From Candidatus Saccharimonadota bacterium (GTDB lineage Bacteria; Patescibacteriota; Saccharimonadia; Saccharimonadales; Saccharimonadaceae), in assembly GCA_016700015.1 (NCBI GenBank), contig CP064995.1, positions 870,001 to 902,000 of the forward strand: 32,000 bases of DNA. The letters run 5' to 3'. Every line of letters begins with the position of its first letter. Position 1 is the first letter of the stretch. Positions 26,153-32,000 of this stretch are shown one piece after another. The notes under the pieces are model-generated. The model made no database searches. It was not told the origin of the DNA and saw only the letters and a list, made by a program, of their open reading frames with translations. The position numbers were made by a program, and so were the translations under genes.

Positions 26153-27548
26153 GCTCGTCACGCCAATCTGTAGGGATAAAGCCGGTTGCTTGGATTTTCG
26201 TAAGGTCGAGCTCGCTATGGGCTGGCCGAGGGGAGCTGAGTTTACCAGCAAAATACTCCTCGGCAGTCGTGTTACCTACCGTCAAATCGTCACGTCCAAG
26301 CAATGTGTATATTTCGCGAGCGATATCTGCCCAGTTAACCACACCGCCGCTATTGCTGAGGTTGTAGGTGCCATAGGGAGCCTGCGTGTCGACGAGGTGT
26401 TTGATACCGGCAGCAAGTGTAGGGGTAAACGTGAGCCTGCCAAATTGATCGGCAACGACATTGGGGCTGATATTGCGTTCGGCGAGACCAGCGATCGAGC
26501 GGACGAAGTTGTTGCCTTTACCAACCACCCAACTTGTACGCACAATGTAATGGCGCGGGGCAGTAGCTGCGGCTACATCACCGGCGGCTTTGGACTGCGC
26601 GTACACACCGAGCGGGCTAAATGGTTCGTCTTCACGGTGAGGGCTGACGGTACCATCGAACACATATTCCGATGAAACATGAACTAACGTAATGCCATAT
26701 TCGGTGGCGATACGGGCAAGGTTGCCAACCGCGCGTGCGTTGACTGCCCAGGCGTCGCGGCGGCCTTCGGGTGTTTCGGCGGCATCGACAGCTGTGTAGG
26801 CAGCAGCATTCAATATTTGCCCGTAATCACGCCAGCGTCGCGCTGATCGTAGAGCTGCTTCATCAGAGATATCAAGCATGTCTCGGTCGACACAGTCAGC
26901 TTCTGGGTAGAGCGCGCGAAGCGCTCGACCAAGCTGCCCATTCGCACCGGTGACCATTACCTTCTTTGGCTTGAGCGGTGTGACTGATTTGAGTAGTGGG
27001 TGAGCTTTGTCTTTGTCGGACATCTCGGCTTTGTCAAGAGCTATCGGCCACGTAATGCCAAGCTCGGGATCAGCAAGATTGACGAATGCGTAGTCGGCAT
27101 CGGGCGACCAATGGTCGTTAACGAGGTACATATACACCGTATTGTCTTTAAGCGCCTGGAAGCCATTAGCAACACCACGGGGAACAAAAATAGCTCGCGA
27201 CGGGTCCATCTCGAGCGTATATACTTTGCCATAAGTAGCGCTACCTTCGCGTAGGTCGCACCAGGCGCCAAAGATTTTGCCATGACCGATGGAGACAAAC
27301 TTATCCCATGGTTCGGCATGGAGACCCCGGGTGACACCTGCCTCAGCATTGAAGCTTACATTGTTTTGCACCGGTCCGAAATCGAGTAGCCCGCACCTGA
27401 GCATCTTTTCGCGCTGCCAGTTCTCTTTGAACCAGCCTCGACTGTCACCGTGGACAGGTAGGTCGTACCACACCAGCCCATCGATAGATGTTTTGTGGGC
27501 TTCGAGGTTCTTACTGAACTCGAGAGTTTGCGATTGTTTTTCTACCAT
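26127..27548 (-). CDS. rmlCD: bifunctional dTDP-4-dehydrorhamnose 3,5-epimerase / dTDP-4-dehydrorhamnose reductase (RmlC-RmlD fusion)
   Basis: The N-terminal ~190 aa (HGDSRGWFKENWQREKM...GLHAEPWDKF...NGFQAL) are an RmlC-type cupin. The C-terminal ~280 aa (VMVTGANGQLGRAL...SSEYVFDG...YAQSK) are an RmlD-type short-chain reductase with a YxxxK motif. Confidence 0.88.
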   Translation of the reverse strand: MVEKQSQTLEFSKNLEAHKTSIDGLVWYDLPVHGDSRGWFKENWQREKMLRCGLLDFGPVQNNVSFNAEAGVTRGLHAEPWDKFVSIGHGKIFGAWCDLREGSATYGKVYTLEMDPSRAIFVPRGVANGFQALKDNTVYMYLVNDHWSPDADYAFVNLADPELGITWPIALDKAEMSDKDKAHPLLKSVTPLKPKKVMVTGANGQLGRALRALYPEADCVDRDMLDISDEAALRSARRWRDYGQILNAAAYTAVDAAETPEGRRDAWAVNARAVGNLARIATEYGITLVHVSSEYVFDGTVSPHREDEPFSPLGVYAQSKAAGDVAAATAPRHYIVRTSWVVGKGNNFVRSIAGLAERNISPNVVADQFGRLTFTPTLAAGIKHLVDTQAPYGTYNLSNSGGVVNWADIAREIYTLLGRDDLTVGNTTAEEYFAGKLSSPRPAHSELDLTKIQATGFIPTDWRDELKKYLDTL

Positions 27549-27551
27549 AAT

Positions 27552-28658
<1,107 letters not shown>

Positions 28659-28677
28659 CTAAACAAATAGGAGGAAT

Positions 28678-29117
28678 ATGAAAGTAGTTATTGTGAGTGG
28701 GTATTTCAACCCACTTCATGGTGGACACATCGACATGATTGAGGCTGCGGCAGCGCTTGGGGATTGGCTGATTGTTATCGTGAACAACGACACGCAGCAG
28801 TTGCTGAAAAAGGTAAGATTATCCTTGATGAGAAAAATCGCCTTCGACTGATGCGTGCGATCAAAGGTGTGGACCAGGTAGTGTTGTCGATCGACCAAGA
28901 CCCGCCCGTCATCAATACGCTCGAGATGATCGCCAAGCAACATCCGGGTGATGAACTACTGTTTGCCAATGGCGGTGATCGTTCAAGCGGCAAGGTTGTT
29001 CCCGAGACGGAAATTTGTGAAAAATACAACATAAAAATGGTATTTGATGCCGGCGGCGATTCAAAGAGTGATTCATCGACACGTATCAATCAAGCAACTG
29101 GTCACGAACAAGAATAA
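28678..29117 (+). pseudogene. cytidylyltransferase-like (HxGH) small nucleotidyltransferase, split by a 1-nt frame change at an A5 run
   Basis: Frame 1 (28678-28851) reads MKVVIVSGYFNPLHGGHIDMIEAAAALGDWLIVIVNNDTQQLLKK and then junk. A second frame continues with GKIILDEKNRLRLMRAIKGVDQVVLS...FANGGDR to 29117. The junction is at ctgAAAAAGg, 28807-28811. One extra A, or a -1 ribosomal slip, would restore a 146-aa protein. Confidence 0.75.
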
Positions 29118-29220
29118 ATAGTTGTAATTTATACATTTTGTCAAAAATTAATATTTTCACGCTATGATAAAAGCATAGGCGCACTCTTTTGCGCCACATA
29201 GCGAAAGGAAAACTCAAACT

Positions 29221-31049
29221 ATGTGCGGAATCGTTGGCTATATTGGCAGTAAAAAGGCTCAACCAATACTACTGGCTGGGCTCAAGCGCCTTGGAATATC
29301 GTGGCTACGACAGTGCCGGCGTGGTGACACTAGACAGCAAAGGCAGGGCTACGCTACTGCGTGCCAAGGGCAAAGTGGCAGAGCTGGACGCAAAAGTAGC
29401 GGAACACAAGACTCAGTGACATGGTGGGCATCGGTCACACACGCTGGGCAACTCACGGCGCACCGAGTAAACGCAATGCCCATCCGCATGCTGCGGGCGA
29501 TCTACACCTGGTGCACAATGGCATTATCGAAAATTATCTTGAACTGAAAAGCACGTTGCAAAAACGCGGGTATGATTTCAAAAGCGATACCGACACCGAA
29601 GTGCTTGTTGCATTGATTGATTCGCTGTATCAAAAAAACCAGAATTTGCTCGAAGCGGTGAGCGGGGCGCTGCAACTGGTGGTAGGTGCCTATGGTATTG
29701 CCGTAGTGAGTGATAAAAACCCTGACGAAATTGTGGTGGCGCGTAAAGGCAGCCCACTCATAGTAGGCCTCGGCGAAGGCGAAGTATTTGTGGCAAGTGA
29801 CGCCAGTGCCCTCGTAGGATATACCGACAAAGTACTGTATTTGCACGACGGCGAGATTGGTGTGTGCACACGCGAGGGTGTGCAGCTCTATGACACTGAG
29901 GCGCATGCAGTGCCTGCTGAGGTTGAAAAGCTCGAACTCGATCTAGAAGCAATTCAGAAAAAAGGCTTTGCCCACTTCTTGCTGAAAGAGATATTTGAGC
30001 AGCCAGAGAGTTTGCGGGCTACGCTCAGTGGGCGTGTCGATGCCGATACCTTGCGTGCCAAACTTGGCGGCATCAATATGACCGACGCCGAACTACGTGC
30101 AGTGAAGCATGTCATGGTGATTGGTTGTGGCACTGCCTACTATGCCGGGCTGATGGCCGGTTACTTTATTGAACAATTTACTACTGATGTTGTGATGAGC
30201 TCGCATGTTGCGAGCGAGCTACGGTATCGATCGTTTGCCGTACCAGATAACACGATTGCATTGATTGTCAGCCAAAGTGGCGAAACGGCTGACACCCTTG
30301 CCTGTTTGCAAGAACTGAAGCGTCGCGGCGTACGCTGTCTTGGTGTGGTAAATGTTGTGGGTAGCACGATTGCGCGCGAAGTTGATGGTGGCGTGTATGT
30401 ACATGTTGGTGCCGAGATAAGTGTAGCGAGTACCAAAGCGTTTACGTCGCAAGTTGTCGCGATGACGATCTTTGGGCTTATGCTGGCGCAGGCTAAGGGC
30501 ACGAGTTTGCAACAGCTCAGCGATTATATAAACGAGCTTGCACTACTACCAAGCGAAATCGAAAAGACACTTGAAAAGCAGCAAGCGACCGTGAAGAAAC
30601 TCGCGAAAAAATACGCTCACTACGATCATGCGCTCTATGTGGGGCGCGACACACTCTATCCGATTGCGCTCGAAGGCGCGTTGAAGCTAAAAGAAGTCAG
30701 CTATATTCACGCTGAGGGTTACGCTGCGGGCGAACTGAAACATGGACCGATCGCACTGATCGACGACAGATTCTTTGAAGTTTGCTACTTGCAGGATAAC
30801 TGGCTGTACGAGAAGACTCAAAGTAACCTGATAGAAATGAACGCTCGCGGTGCGCATGCTATTGTCATTACCGATACCGACAAGCGTGTGTCTGCAGAAG
30901 TGGTGGTACGAGTGTCGACCAAACTTAAACTACTTACACCCCTAGTATTCAACGTAGTGTCTCAGCTTTTTGCCTATCATATGGCCGCACAACGTGGTAA
31001 TGATGTCGACCAGCCCCGCAACCTAGCGAAAAGCGTGACAGTAGAGTAA
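29221..31049 (+). pseudogene. glmS: glutamine--fructose-6-phosphate aminotransferase GlmS, interrupted by two 1-nt insertions near the 5' end
   Basis: MCGIVGYIGSKKAQPILLAGLKRL is in one frame, and EYRGYDSAGVVTLDSKGRATLLRAKGKVAELDAKVAEHK is in the next. LSDMVGIGHTRWATHG...DQPRNLAKSVTVE (542 aa intact, 29421..31049) is in the third. The shifts lie near 29290-29294 and 29408-29412. Confidence 0.85.
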
Positions 31050-31109
31050 GTCTGGCACTATTGCTAACGCTTTTTCACTGAACTACACTTAAACTAGGAG
31101 TGTAGAACC

Positions 31110-32000
31110 ATGAATAAAGATTTGGAAGAAAGTATCGATAGCGCAGTTGATGCGATTGATGAGAAGGAAGTTGCAGAAGAGGAAACGCCAGACGCCGACA
31201 CTTCGCCTAAAGCAGATGACGATGCGAAGCCAGTCGATGGTGCCTTAAAGTTTGGCGATAAGTCAACGCGCCGTTTGCGCAAAAAACGACTTATCGTAGC
31301 TGGCGTAGTAGTAGCGGCGGTTATAGCATTGTTCTCGGTTGTGCCGTTTCTGCGCTATGGTGTAGCAGGTATGGTGGTAAGCAAGCAGGTGGTACTAACC
31401 GTGCTCGACACGGCAACGCAAAAACCAGTCAGCGACGCCATGGTATCGCTTGGGCGGTTTGACGGCGTGAGTGATGGCAAGGGTAAAGTGGTTATTAACG
31501 GTGTACCGGTGGGAGAATATACACTGGTGATTGAGAAGAAAAACTATGAGACGCTAAAAAGCAGCCACATAGTTCCCATATTCATGCTGGCAAAAAATAC
31601 TTCCCTCAGCATGAAAGCTACCGGGCGAACTGTTACGATGACAGTGACGAATAGTCTGACTGGCAAGCCGATTGCAGGGGCGAGAGTGGATATAGAAGGC
31701 TCGACGGCCGCTAGCGATGACAAGGGTGTAGCGAGCGTAGTGCTACCAGTGCGTAGCGATGAACAGCAGGGTACAGTGAAGGCGGATGGTTACAACGATC
31801 AGGCCCTGACAATAAGTATGAAGACGAATGACGACCAAAAGGCGGAAGTTAAACTGACGCCCGCAGGCAAGGTGTATTTCCTTAGCAAGCGCACTGGCAT
31901 GATAAATGTCATGAGTGCCAACCTAGATGGCAGTGGCCAAGCAGTAGTGGTACAGGGTACCGGCAAAGAACTCGACAACGAAACTTCCCTGTTACCATCG
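31110..32000 (+). CDS. membrane-anchored protein with carboxypeptidase-regulatory-like beta domains and probable PD40/TolB-like region, 5' part (runs off window)
   Basis: ATG lies 9 nt after aggag, and the frame is open to the window end, so it is not in the ORF track. It has an acidic N-terminus and a TM helix (LIVAGVVVAAVIALFSVV). Repeated segments of the type VLDTATQKPVSDAMVSL...GKVVINGVPVGEYTLVIEKKNYE follow, then GKVYFLSKRTGMINVMSANLDGSG. Confidence 0.6.
   Translation, partial: MNKDLEESIDSAVDAIDEKEVAEEETPDADTSPKADDDAKPVDGALKFGDKSTRRLRKKRLIVAGVVVAAVIALFSVVPFLRYGVAGMVVSKQVVLTVLDTATQKPVSDAMVSLGRFDGVSDGKGKVVINGVPVGEYTLVIEKKNYETLKSSHIVPIFMLAKNTSLSMKATGRTVTMTVTNSLTGKPIAGARVDIEGSTAASDDKGVASVVLPVRSDEQQGTVKADGYNDQALTISMKTNDDQKAEVKLTPAGKVYFLSKRTGMINVMSANLDGSGQAVVVQGTGKELDNETSLLPS

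Noticed and set aside
29118-29220. Possible glmS ribozyme or riboswitch upstream of glmS, including the hairpin ggcgca-ctcttt-tgcgcc at 29178-29195
   Set aside because: The spacer is only ~100 nt, well short of the ~170-nt ribozyme. I could not find the conserved core or pseudoknot segments. The 6-bp hairpin alone is not diagnostic.
29189-29547. Track ORFs 29189..29419 and 29221..29547 as independent genes
   Set aside because: Both are fragments or read-throughs of the frameshifted glmS 5' region. Only parts of each match GlmS, and the rest is out-of-frame translation.

Overview
This window looks like the chromosomal origin region of a small, tightly packed bacterial genome, followed by a ~21 kb cell-envelope polysaccharide locus. 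Gene content and protein style suggest a Patescibacteria/CPR, Saccharibacteria-like organism, but I cannot confirm this without a database search. The genetic code is standard, since TGA is used as a stop. Positions 1-7.8 kb hold the classic origin neighbourhood: recF<-dnaN<-dnaA diverging from rpmH->rnpA->yidC->jag. rpmH is absent from the ORF track and I found it by hand. DnaA-box clusters lie on both sides of dnaA. Positions 7.8-29.1 kb hold glycan genes: GT4, a PMI-like cupin, GtrA plus a GtrB-like polyprenyl-phosphate glycosyltransferase, an embedded sucCD pair and a GT2. They continue with Wzm/Wzt (Wzt has a C-terminal extension), a coiled-coil methyltransferase, a secreted repeat protein and a 993-aa WbsX-RgpF-GT2 fusion. 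The locus ends with a GT-C-like membrane protein, a second methyltransferase, rmlA, a Nudix gene, a fused rmlC-rmlD, rmlB and a small cytidylyltransferase-like gene. Positions 28.8-29.4 kb carry three 1-nt frame disruptions, one in the cytidylyltransferase gene and two in glmS. I saw no CRISPR array, tRNA, rRNA or mobile element. All functional calls come from motif recognition by eye and need HMM or BLAST confirmation.
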